Positions 49,352 to 58,569 of a stretch of DNA of 64,000 bases are shown one piece after another. Every line of letters starts with the position of its first letter. The stretch's first letter is position 1. Below the pieces are notes generated by a model. That model did no database searches and was not told where the DNA came from. It saw only the letters and a program-made list of their open reading frames with translations. The stretch spans positions 13,030-77,029 of the forward strand of contig JAYGDX010000210.1 in the NCBI GenBank assembly GCA_046582655.1, given 5' to 3'. The translations under genes were made by a program, and so were the position numbers. This stretch comes from Candidatus Poribacteria bacterium (GTDB taxonomy: Bacteria; Poribacteria; WGA-4E; UBA9662).

Positions 49352-51292
49352 TCAAATGAAAATTTTGTAGGTCCGAATTCCGAGTGATGGACCAATAATT
49401 GCCCAAATTGATCCGATCACATAATCGCCCAAGATTAATCCCAAAAACAGTGGGGCGAATCGACGGTGCATCTGCAAGCCCCCCTGCTTCATAATGAGAA
49501 ACTTGAATAACCATGCCAACAAAAATGTGAACCAGAAGTACTCCATAGCGAAGCTGATCGCAAGTGAATAGCCTGCTGGGTGAAACGGCCACCATAAGAA
49601 TCGCATGCGCAAAAACATCATCCCAAAGGTCAGCAAGGCTCCAATCCCCATGAAGCTGATTTTGGTTGGGTTTGGATCCGTTGGATCCTGAAGCCAGCGT
49701 TGTAATCGATTGAAAGATTCCCAACCAACCCAGCCCTTAAACCCTTCAGCCTTGGCAATGGCACCGTTTCGAAAAGTAATATCCAGATTTGCCCAGAATG
49801 TCGCAAGGATTCCAACCACAATAGCAATTAACATGGCCACCCAAACGCCCTTGTTGCCGATTCCCGTAGTTTCCGCCATTTTGAAAGCTTCAATTTGGTT
49901 TGGCATTGGATGGTTGCGGTAGCCTCGATTGAACCAGTAAAACATCGATACTATTGTCAAACTAGAGGGATTAAATTGTCTCGTTCCACCCACAGTTGCC
50001 ATAATATCGTGTGGGTTGACGTAGTAAATTTCGTGAGGTGTGCCGAATTCTGCTCGAACACGGGTGATAGCGATTGAGAGTATGAAGTATAAACCGAAGA
50101 AAATGATTGCTACCCACAAGCTCATTCCCGCCAGATTAACAAAAATTCCGATTAAGGCGAGTGAACCGATCAAACCGATGAAAGCCCAGCGATAAGGCAT
50201 TGGTTCATCAGAATCACTGAGGTCCGTTTCCATGCCCATTATCTTGCGAATGACTTCGATCAAGTGGCTGCGTGTCACCCAAACCGCGATGAAAAAAAGA
50301 GCGATCCAGGAACCGGATGCTTGATCATTAAGTGCCGGGTAGTGCCTTGTACCAAGCGCATATCCAACTACTCGCTGGACGGATCGAAGTAAAAAGAAAA
50401 ACCAGCATGAAAAGGATAAATCAAGCGGCAGAAAAAAAGCCAGTCCAATCATAAATGGGTACATCGAAATCCGAACTCCCTGCAAACCGCTCCATGGTCG
50501 TTCAGTGAAAATGTGATCCCAAACTGGTCTCATTTTGATATATGGAATACTCGGAACGGACGGACTGAGATAAGAAACCCCATTGACCAACCCAATCGCA
50601 AACGCAATCGTAAAACCAATCCACATCATTCGATCTCGGAGCAGTTTGGTTCCCATGTCTTCTGAGAGCTTAAGTGGCAATTGGATGATAGGATAAGCCA
50701 GTTTTTCCTGTTCTGTCCATTGCTTGCGGATAATGGTATTGATACAAAGCATTGAAAACATCATCAACAGGAACAATAATCCCCATAATAAAAGCGGCTT
50801 AATCCAGATGGCAACATTTCGTGCTATATAAATTGAAGATTCCCCTTCGTAAAACCCTTTCAAACTGTGTAAATCGGTAATGGTTAACCAACGTGGGATG
50901 TAGTGCCAGAAGAGATTCTGCCATTCGTTTTCAGGGCTGGCGAACCAGAAAGGATGAACAATTGCACCAAACATGTTTTGCATAGTATCATGCCCGGCAA
51001 AGGTACATGAAAGTGCCACCATGATATAAACGGTTAAGAGTTCGGCTTGAGTTAATGCAGCGGCTGGTTTAAGATGCTTGATCAATAAATTCAGAAGGAC
51101 GATGGCGAAAAGAATAAAGATAGGTTGTATGAAAAGTGGCAGGCATGACCCGTCAAGCGAATAATATTTCACCTCAACGAGCGTCATCCAGTAGACATTA
51201 ACTGGTATTAGAAGGATTCCCAGTATTAAAGTGCGAGGAGTGACTTTGATGTGTGTATGGGGTTCTTCTTCGATTTTATTCTTTCTGCTCAT
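49352..51292 (-). CDS. DUF6785/DUF6784-type polytopic membrane protein (putative transporter)
   Basis: More than 12 TM; motifs QW...EKLAYP, RVRAEFG, RFLWWPFHP.GY, FLGLILGD. Confidence 0.7.
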   Translation of the reverse strand: MSRKNKIEEEPHTHIKVTPRTLILGILLIPVNVYWMTLVEVKYYSLDGSCLPLFIQPIFILFAIVLLNLLIKHLKPAAALTQAELLTVYIMVALSCTFAGHDTMQNMFGAIVHPFWFASPENEWQNLFWHYIPRWLTITDLHSLKGFYEGESSIYIARNVAIWIKPLLLWGLLFLLMMFSMLCINTIIRKQWTEQEKLAYPIIQLPLKLSEDMGTKLLRDRMMWIGFTIAFAIGLVNGVSYLSPSVPSIPYIKMRPVWDHIFTERPWSGLQGVRISMYPFMIGLAFFLPLDLSFSCWFFFLLRSVQRVVGYALGTRHYPALNDQASGSWIALFFIAVWVTRSHLIEVIRKIMGMETDLSDSDEPMPYRWAFIGLIGSLALIGIFVNLAGMSLWVAIIFFGLYFILSIAITRVRAEFGTPHEIYYVNPHDIMATVGGTRQFNPSSLTIVSMFYWFNRGYRNHPMPNQIEAFKMAETTGIGNKGVWVAMLIAIVVGILATFWANLDITFRNGAIAKAEGFKGWVGWESFNRLQRWLQDPTDPNPTKISFMGIGALLTFGMMFLRMRFLWWPFHPAGYSLAISFAMEYFWFTFLLAWLFKFLIMKQGGLQMHRRFAPLFLGLILGDYVIGSIWAIIGPSLGIRTYKIFI

Positions 51293-52418
51293 TGCCACCT
51301 TGTTGGGAAAAAGTGTTATGGTTGACACCAAATGGATCAAGCGACAGAGATGTATTGTCTTTCGTAATTAATTCTGCAATGAGTTTTCCAGTAATAGGAG
51401 CAAGCAGTATTCCATTCTTATAATGACCTGACGCAACAATGACATTGCAATACTCCGTTAATCTGCCGAGGTATGGCTTCCCTTTTCCTTTCGGCCGTAG
51501 TCCCGCACGCGTTTTTAGCAACGTCTTTTCAGCCAGCGCAGGTACAAGTTGTATTGCCGACTCAAGGATTTGGTGGATACCAGACAATGTTGTCCGATCG
51601 TCGAATCCCACATCTTCAACGGTTGGACCAACCCAAAGTTTTCCGTCAGTTCGCGGTACAATATAAGTTTCAAGTCCGTGAATTGGCCGATTTATAATTG
51701 GTTCCACTGTTTCAGCTATAATCATTTGCCCCTTCGCTGGTTTTATGGGTAAAGCAACACCTAAAAAATTAGCAACTTGATGCGACCAGGGGCCTGCTGC
51801 GATGACGAACTGATCCCCGAGAATACGGTCTTCGCTAGTCTCTACGCCAACAACTTGGTTGCCGTCAAATAAAAATTGTTTGACAGAATGACCAGTCAAA
51901 AACTTTGTTCCTAACTTTGCTGCAGCACAAGCCAGTGCCTTTACCAGCCTTGGATTCCGCACTTGAGCGTCCTCTGGAAAGTGAACACCGCCTATAACCT
52001 TTTTTGAGATTGATGGCTCAAGTGTTTGAACCTGCTCAGAAGATAAAATTTCAGCGGAATACCCATGCTTGAGTCGACGTTGTGCTAGTCCTTCCCAATT
52101 TTTTTTTTCATCTTCTGTTAAAAATATGCATAGAACGCCTGACTGAATAAATTCAATATTTATACCTGTAACTGTTTGTAATTCTTTAGCGAGGGTAGGA
52201 TACAATGCAAGACTATAACGACAGAGTTCGGCATAAGGATTCCGTGTAGAAGCACGACACGCCAAAATGCCGGCTGCTGCCCATGAGGCTTCCGAACCGA
52301 CGCGATTTCCTTTCTCTATTACGACGGTTTCAGTTCCTGTTTTGGCTAGGTAGTAGGCAATCGAACAGCCGATAATACCACCACCGATAACAATTACCTT
52401 AGCCTCAGCTTGGTTCAA
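51276..52418 (-). CDS. thiO: FAD-dependent glycine oxidase (ThiO-like, D-amino acid oxidase family)
   Basis: IGGGIIG, ASWAAAGIL, P.KGQ, YIVPR.DG, AGLRP, GHYKNGILLAP. Confidence 0.78.
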   Translation of the reverse strand: MNQAEAKVIVIGGGIIGCSIAYYLAKTGTETVVIEKGNRVGSEASWAAAGILACRASTRNPYAELCRYSLALYPTLAKELQTVTGINIEFIQSGVLCIFLTEDEKKNWEGLAQRRLKHGYSAEILSSEQVQTLEPSISKKVIGGVHFPEDAQVRNPRLVKALACAAAKLGTKFLTGHSVKQFLFDGNQVVGVETSEDRILGDQFVIAAGPWSHQVANFLGVALPIKPAKGQMIIAETVEPIINRPIHGLETYIVPRTDGKLWVGPTVEDVGFDDRTTLSGIHQILESAIQLVPALAEKTLLKTRAGLRPKGKGKPYLGRLTEYCNVIVASGHYKNGILLAPITGKLIAELITKDNTSLSLDPFGVNHNTFSQQGGNEQKE

Positions 52419-52507
52419 CGTTTCTCTCGCTTTCTCTTTGTCTGGCCAAGAGGAAATTCGATTGTAAAAAAGTAAAAACTGAAAGTGATGATTCCCAATT
52501 TTTTCAT

Positions 52508-52537
52508 TTGACAGTGCTAACTTTATAGACGTATACT
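52508..52537 (+). promoter_or_regulatory. sigma70-type promoter
   Basis: TTGACA-N18-TATACT upstream of 52572. Confidence 0.6.
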
Positions 52538-52571
52538 ACCATTGACTCTCATGTTTGAAAGTAACCAGTTT

Positions 52572-53279
52572 ATGAAAATCACCATCAGATATGTTATTAT
52601 ATTTTTGTTACTAGTCGTTGATGCTACTGCACAGGTTGTGGACCCGGAAACAGGTCTCTTTTTTGAATACAAGGCCGTGCGAGTATCCGCCGCGCCAGTT
52701 GTTGATGGCCATTTGGATGATCCTGCTTGGAAAGGTGCTACCCCACAGCAATTGGAATGGGACTTTACGGATAACCGGCGATGGCATCCCTCAGCTGATT
52801 TTTCGGGCGTTTTTGCGGGAGTCTGGTTCGATGGATTTCTTTACCTTGCATTTGAATTTATAGACGATCAACTGAGAATCAAGAATAACACAATTACGCA
52901 ACAAGATCGACTTGAAATTTACATAGATCCTGAGAGAAACGGATACAAGAGCGATCAAACTCGATATATAATACCGATAGGGCAGGATGGGAATCAACCG
53001 CCCTCGCCTCTTCTACTAGCTACGTGGGCCAGCAATCTGAAATCCTTTGAGTTAAGCTTCAATTTACGCCGAATACCTCAAAAGGACCAAAAGATTAATT
53101 TTGGATTTTATTATGTCGATGTTGATGGTGGACAACAGTCCAACCACCGTATTGGATGGGCACCTACAGGTGGTTTGGAGGATAGAAACAAGCTAGCAGA
53201 CCTTACATTTGCTGTAGCATTAAAGCCAACCTTAAATCAGAAAGCGATGCAGTGGGGACGTATCAAGAGCCTCTACTGA
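52572..53279 (+). CDS. secreted CBM9/DOMON-like sugar-binding protein
   Basis: Signal peptide; PVVDGHLDD.AW, W...LYLA...DD, D.LEIYIDP; tail KAMQWGRIKSLY. Confidence 0.7.
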   Translation: MKITIRYVIIFLLLVVDATAQVVDPETGLFFEYKAVRVSAAPVVDGHLDDPAWKGATPQQLEWDFTDNRRWHPSADFSGVFAGVWFDGFLYLAFEFIDDQLRIKNNTITQQDRLEIYIDPERNGYKSDQTRYIIPIGQDGNQPPSPLLLATWASNLKSFELSFNLRRIPQKDQKINFGFYYVDVDGGQQSNHRIGWAPTGGLEDRNKLADLTFAVALKPTLNQKAMQWGRIKSLY

Positions 53280-53696
53280 ATTAGGCTTCTGGAGCCCTCC
53301 TTCCAAACCCAGTTTTCCCAATCGTTATTATTGCTACTTGCCATTTTAACACAAGGATTAGTTGACTTTTAATGCATGATTCATGTCCTCGTTTCTCCTT
53401 CCTTATTAAATCAATTCTGAGCAGTTTCAATGTTCATTTTTTAACGTATCTCGGCGTCGGTATTCTTAGCGCGAATTAAGCATTAGTCAAAATAGACATG
53501 GTTGTGTGAAAGTTTTCCCGTAGTCTTTTTGAATTTTCATAATGGCAAAATCAGAAATTTTGTGAATTTTGCGTTTATACTGCAGTAAACGATTGAAATT
53601 AAACCAGCATTCTAATACAATGTTTAAGATTGGAATTTTCTTAATCTGAAATGAAATTATGATAGGCAGTGAAAATCTTGAAAGGTTCAGTGGAAG

Positions 53697-54107
53697 ATGT
53701 CGAGCAAGCTTGTTCATATTGGCGTACGTGCCAGCAATTTAAAAAAGAGCGTAGTATTTTGGCGTGATGCTCTTGGATTAGAAGTTGCTAACCAGACGGA
53801 GAACTGTTACGATTTAACTGATGGTTATCACAATTTCCGTGTATTTCAACATAGTGGGGATTCACGTCCTTCACATGTTGGCAGAATGTTAGACTATCTT
53901 CATATAGGTGTACGTGTGCCTGATTTAAAAACTGCGGCTGAACGCTGTCAGGAGTTAGGGTTTCAAATTTTCTCCGATGGTTTAGGAGGAAAACAGGTAC
54001 TAGATCCGAACAACCTACAAGAAGGAGCTTTCAAAGTTGAAGATCCAGACGGAATTACTGTTGATATTACAGAAACAAAAACGCAATGGCCAGGGGTTGA
54101 ATTTTAG
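53697..54107 (+). CDS. VOC/glyoxalase family protein
   Basis: HIGVR..NL..SV.FW.DALGL, HIGVRVPDL, DPDG. Confidence 0.85.
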   Translation: MSSKLVHIGVRASNLKKSVVFWRDALGLEVANQTENCYDLTDGYHNFRVFQHSGDSRPSHVGRMLDYLHIGVRVPDLKTAAERCQELGFQIFSDGLGGKQVLDPNNLQEGAFKVEDPDGITVDITETKTQWPGVEF

Positions 54108-54267
54108 CCAAATTAATCTAGGGAGGTGAAATTAAAACTAAAGGTGCAACCGCAAAATACCTAGATCATAAAGAATGATTTCACCTAGAGTCCCATGTAG
54201 GTTACAATTTGTGTGTTTTTACTATTTAAGTATAATATTTTAATTAACAAATTAGAAGAGGGTTAAA

Positions 54268-54849
54268 ATGAAAGTTAGATTGATGTTTTGTTTTATTTCC
54301 ATACTAATTGTTACTATTTTCATCGTATCGTGTGGCGAATCTGGAGACACAACAACCAAAATCGTAACTCCCTTGGAGAAATCCACGGACGATGAAGATA
54401 TTAGAGTTACTGAAGTCCCTGAAATTAACTTTGCCGCCGAAGAAGCGGCAATCCGAGCATTACACAAGTCTCATGACGACACCGTTAACGTGCAAAATCC
54501 TGAAGCTAATAAAATTATGGAGTCTTGGTTAGACAGTGGCAGTGTTCTGATGGCTCACACTTTCTTCGGTAACCTTGCCGCTGGTAGGACTAGACAAAAA
54601 GTGAGAGCCTTGTGGACTCAAATATTATCACGCAAAAACAGATGGCAAATGGCAACTAAAATTGAAACGGTTAAGATTGAAAAGAAAAGAGGTCAATTGG
54701 CAGTCGCCGAGGGAACATTTCAATATGTGGCAAATAAAACGCTACCACTAAAAGCCCTATATCAGAAGGGCAAGGAAGGCGATTGGAAGGTTAAAGCCGT
54801 CGATTACGGCGACAGTGGTCTCATTAAGGGTTTTAAAATATCGGGTTGA
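54268..54849 (+). CDS. lipoprotein, possible NTF2/SnoaL-like fold
   Basis: Lipobox IVSC; 'EEAAIRAL' start and 'K..GDWKV' end typical of NTF2-like domains. Confidence 0.6.
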   Translation: MKVRLMFCFISILIVTIFIVSCGESGDTTTKIVTPLEKSTDDEDIRVTEVPEINFAAEEAAIRALHKSHDDTVNVQNPEANKIMESWLDSGSVLMAHTFFGNLAAGRTRQKVRALWTQILSRKNRWQMATKIETVKIEKKRGQLAVAEGTFQYVANKTLPLKALYQKGKEGDWKVKAVDYGDSGLIKGFKISG

Positions 54850-54984
54850 TCTAACGAAATTAATATCGGCATTATTCCTGAAAGTTACAGCGTTCATATA
54901 ATCTCATTTCGCCATTGTTTTGATGGTGAAATTCAAGTCTTATTTCTGCGCGATTGCTGGTTTTGTGAATAAGCCTATGCTTTC

Positions 54985-55641
54985 CTAGTTGATGAGGTGT
55001 AACCAGTCGTGTAATAGAAAATCAACACGCTGAATCAAAAGCGAGACGCGTCCCATCACTGTGTTTCCGAAAGCAGAACCGAATCCAATCATCAAGAAGA
55101 CAATTCCAACCTTAGAAACCCCGCCAACAACACCCCGATGCTCAACGGAAAAGAAGAAGTAAGTCAACGTTGAAATTACACCAATAAGCATCAGGACTGC
55201 TCCAAAGATTTCAGGGCTACTTAGGGTACCCGCATGAATCTGCGCAAATGGAGTTAGCGTGCCATGAACTTGGCGGAAGATGTCTGCCTGCATAACGTTG
55301 GGAATTGCTAAGCCTGAGAAGATACCCATCAGGATAGCAATTGGGTAACGAATCAGCCAGGCGTAGCCAGGGATTAGGCGGGCAAAGAACAATAGTCCTA
55401 TACCAATTGGGATTAGCTTGGTCAGCCCCCATCCCAGAGGCCATTGAGTAATTGCTTGCCAAAACGGGGTCCATGCGAACGGAATCAAACCTTGGTGAAT
55501 TGACAATACGATACTATACCCAACCGAAATGCCAACGAAAAGGTGCTCAGCAAAGCGGTAGAGAGGATTATCATGGTAAAGAAAGCTGTATATGCAAAGC
55601 GTAAGAAACGCTGCGATCCAAATACCAATTAGTTTTTCCAT
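54985..55641 (-). CDS. integral membrane protein (DUF6754-cluster gene 4)
   Basis: About 6 TM; SFLY.DNPLYRFAEHLFVG, YFFFS, FG..FGNTVMGR. Confidence 0.75.
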   Translation of the reverse strand: MEKLIGIWIAAFLTLCIYSFLYHDNPLYRFAEHLFVGISVGYSIVLSIHQGLIPFAWTPFWQAITQWPLGWGLTKLIPIGIGLLFFARLIPGYAWLIRYPIAILMGIFSGLAIPNVMQADIFRQVHGTLTPFAQIHAGTLSSPEIFGAVLMLIGVISTLTYFFFSVEHRGVVGGVSKVGIVFLMIGFGSAFGNTVMGRVSLLIQRVDFLLHDWLHLIN

Positions 55642-55653
55642 TGTCTACACTTT

Positions 55654-56475
55654 CTATAGGTTCTCATCTTTGCGTTTCTGGATAAAGAAAGCAATGTTGC
55701 CCAAGATGACCAAGCCGAAAATCAAGAGGTGAACGAAGGATTGAACGCTCATTCCAGCTGTTGCCTTTGCCGGGGAGTCAATCAATTTTTCGTACTCAGC
55801 CGCGCCCAGAAGGCCCGGCATCAAACCGATTAGCTGTCCTGTTTGCATATAGGGATACATCTGTGAGACAATCACACCCGTCACACCAGCCGCAATTTTT
55901 TGATTATATCTTGTATTGATGTACGCAATCCAATCCTCTGTTGTCGATGAGGCAGCTAAATCCAGAACCAGGTCAATCTGGCTGTAATTTTTGATGCCCT
56001 TCATCATCGGAATATCGGCAAGTGATTTTCCAGCATAATCGCTGTCGAAAACGCTATCGATTGCGGTCCCCATGCCTAGCATGACCTGTATACTTCCTGG
56101 TCGGAAGCCTAAATAGACGTAATCTTCGCCGTCAATCGCGCCGGTTGCCTTTGCTGTGTCCTGCATAATTTCATAACCCAATTCGTATCCGTCCGTCACG
56201 AGGGTCATCCCAATGACTCGGATCTTTTTCTGAAAACAGTGCCGTAAGAAGGCTACTCCCATCGGCTGGAGCTCTGCCATGGATGAGGGGCTATAGTCGA
56301 ATGCCACCAGAACTATTGAGCCGGGAGGGAAGGCCTCAATGTAGTCGTATATTTTGCGCGTTGGTTCAGAGATGGTAATCGGAAAACTAACTTTTAACAG
56401 TGTGGGAATAATTACTGCTAAGGCGACCAAAACAAAGATCACCCGCCGATCGATTCTCATCAATTTTTCGAGCAT
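55654..56475 (-). CDS. membrane-anchored alpha/beta protein (DUF6754-cluster gene 3)
   Basis: N- and C-terminal TM; DYSPS...EL.P, G.DYVYLG, PY.Q.GQL.G...GL.GAAEYE; ATG 56475. Confidence 0.75.
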   Translation of the reverse strand: MLEKLMRIDRRVIFVLVALAVIIPTLLKVSFPITISEPTRKIYDYIEAFPPGSIVLVAFDYSPSSMAELQPMGVAFLRHCFQKKIRVIGMTLVTDGYELGYEIMQDTAKATGAIDGEDYVYLGFRPGSIQVMLGMGTAIDSVFDSDYAGKSLADIPMMKGIKNYSQIDLVLDLAASSTTEDWIAYINTRYNQKIAAGVTGVIVSQMYPYMQTGQLIGLMPGLLGAAEYEKLIDSPAKATAGMSVQSFVHLLIFGLVILGNIAFFIQKRKDENL

Positions 56476-56479
56476 TTTT

Positions 56480-57124
56480 TTAATCTCCCCCGCCCAGATA
56501 AGAGCGCTCAATACCCAAGATGATGCGGATAGATTGGGAGATAACGCCTAGACTAACACCGAGAATAACTCCTCTTCGTGATGAGAGATTGGGATTTTCC
56601 AAAATCCATTGCCGTGCTTTGGAAGGTAGATTATCACCAAATGGCATGATCTTATTCCAGATGAGATCCCCAATTGGTGCATTGCCGATCATCACAATCA
56701 GTGCCGCAACAAGTAGGAGTGTGGCTTCTAATGTTCGAGCGCGAAAAGCACGATATGCCGCTGATGCAATGAAAAAAGCGAGGAGAGAAAACATAGTGGC
56801 ATCCATTGGAACTTGTATGTAATTGAATAACCACTTAAATATCTTATGGTTTTGGCCTAAAGGAATCCCTATTGCAACCATAACAATCATACCGATGAAG
56901 ACAAAGAAACTGTATTGCCAATACTCGGCACGACGCCGTATGCGCACCCAGTGCGTTTGAACTAGTGTTGCCACACCCAATACAAGCGCAAAAGGACCAA
57001 TGATCAACGACCAGGTAATAACCTCAGCCCTAAGAGCTTGGGAATACGGATGAGGGCTAAATTCGATCAACACCATTACAATCCCAAACAAAAAACAGAG
57101 GGCTAATGGAACCTGTCTTCTCAT
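56480..57124 (-). CDS. integral membrane protein (DUF6754-cluster gene 2)
   Basis: About 6 TM; ATMFSLLAFFIASAAYRAFRAR, R.I.G.ER; SD GGAGG. Confidence 0.75.
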   Translation of the reverse strand: MRRQVPLALCFLFGIVMVLIEFSPHPYSQALRAEVITWSLIIGPFALVLGVATLVQTHWVRIRRRAEYWQYSFFVFIGMIVMVAIGIPLGQNHKIFKWLFNYIQVPMDATMFSLLAFFIASAAYRAFRARTLEATLLLVAALIVMIGNAPIGDLIWNKIMPFGDNLPSKARQWILENPNLSSRRGVILGVSLGVISQSIRIILGIERSYLGGGD

Positions 57125-57156
57125 AAAGCCTCCAAATACCGAGAATATCCCATTTT

Positions 57157-58374
57157 CTAATTACTAACTCTATCAAAAAAAGTTGTTATCCAATTAATGC
57201 CGAGGAGTTCAAGGATAATGCCGACGACAATAGCACCAAAAATCATCAGTTTTCCGTAATCTTGTCCTTTGAGACTGCCAAGTAACATTGGTTCGCGAGA
57301 CAAATATGCACTGGCTGCATACAGTTCTTCTCCAATCAGTGTATAATCGCAAGCAGCGATAAAAAAGGGCAGCTGATGTTCTTTGTCAGTACCCGCAATC
57401 TGAATAGCACCAACAGAATTGCCGGTTTCAGCTAGGATCAGCGACTCGGCAAAGAAAGTTCCTTGCAAGAATACCGCTGCTGGTTTTTCGCGAAGCATTA
57501 TACCGTCAACACCTGCTGCATAAGCAAATTGGCTTTCAGTTAGAAAGAAAATATCTTCTTCGTGATAGGCATCGGGATGACCTTCATCCAGATATGCCGT
57601 TTTCACCATCTCACGAACAACGTTCATTACAATTGGGTCGCTGCATGGAACACGAAGAGCAGTTTCATAGTTAGCGGTTCTTCGGGCAACCTGGCTGAGG
57701 ATATTCATACTAGCAATCGTGGCTACGTTGCTAACACCTCCCAACCCCACGATGTACAAGATTGAACGGCCCATTTCGGTTGCTCTGCCGATTGCCTCGT
57801 CTACTGCCTCTAATCCTGGAATACGCCTGATAAAAATGTCCTTGCCGCTTCTTGTTGCATGATATATGGAGTAGATGACGACAACAGAAAAGAGAACGAC
57901 GGAAAGAAAGAGCCATTTTTTACCTGTATGAAACCAGCTAGCCGTAGCCTCAACGCTTGTTGCTTCCGAATCTGCTGTGGCTCCAGATGCATTGATGGCT
58001 TGCACTAGGTATGAGTAGATTATGCCTCTCTCAACCGTATCATCAGTATAATCCGTTTTACCTGTCTCAATTGGGGATTCGGTAATTGTTTCAAAATCAC
58101 CTTCTGAAGATTTGCGCAGTATGTTGTAGCCAGTAACGTTGTTTGCTCCATCGTCGTCATCCACCGATTTGCTCCAGCTAATAATTATACTGGTTCCATC
58201 ATCATTTTTTTTGTCTTTGGCTTCAATATTTGTGGGTGGAGCAGGTAAGTTTTCAGTAACAGCTTCATCAGGAACGCGGAATTCTTCGGAAGAAAACTCG
58301 GATGATTGGGCGAAAGTAATTTTACAGGTAAAAATCAATATCAGGCCTAGGAGGCAGGCCCTATTAAGTTTCAT
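57157..58374 (-). CDS. fibronectin type III plus DUF6754-type membrane protein
   Basis: Signal peptide; FN3 (PAPPTN...ISWSKS...GYNI.R...YTD...YSY.VQA); TM; then IRRIPGLEAVDEAIGRATEMG, FFAESLILAE, CDYTLIGEELYAASAYL. Confidence 0.78.
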   Translation of the reverse strand: MKLNRACLLGLILIFTCKITFAQSSEFSSEEFRVPDEAVTENLPAPPTNIEAKDKKNDDGTSIIISWSKSVDDDDGANNVTGYNILRKSSEGDFETITESPIETGKTDYTDDTVERGIIYSYLVQAINASGATADSEATSVEATASWFHTGKKWLFLSVVLFSVVVIYSIYHATRSGKDIFIRRIPGLEAVDEAIGRATEMGRSILYIVGLGGVSNVATIASMNILSQVARRTANYETALRVPCSDPIVMNVVREMVKTAYLDEGHPDAYHEEDIFFLTESQFAYAAGVDGIMLREKPAAVFLQGTFFAESLILAETGNSVGAIQIAGTDKEHQLPFFIAACDYTLIGEELYAASAYLSREPMLLGSLKGQDYGKLMIFGAIVVGIILELLGINWITTFFDRVSN

Positions 58375-58569
58375 GTATCTTGAAGATCTCCTGACGTTTG
58401 GACGTGTATGGCGTATACAATCCAAAATCGATTATACACTGAATGAGATTAAATTTCTATGCAGTTAAACCAATACGTGTTGAATACAAAAATATATGTA
58501 GGCAAAAAGCTAGATTTTCTAATATGGTCTAGACTTGATCTGATTTATGTTACTGATTTAGAAAACAGG

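Noticed and set aside
53281..53405. Strong minus-strand SD followed by a very short ORF
   Set aside because: Only 8 codons follow; probably a remnant with no assignable product.
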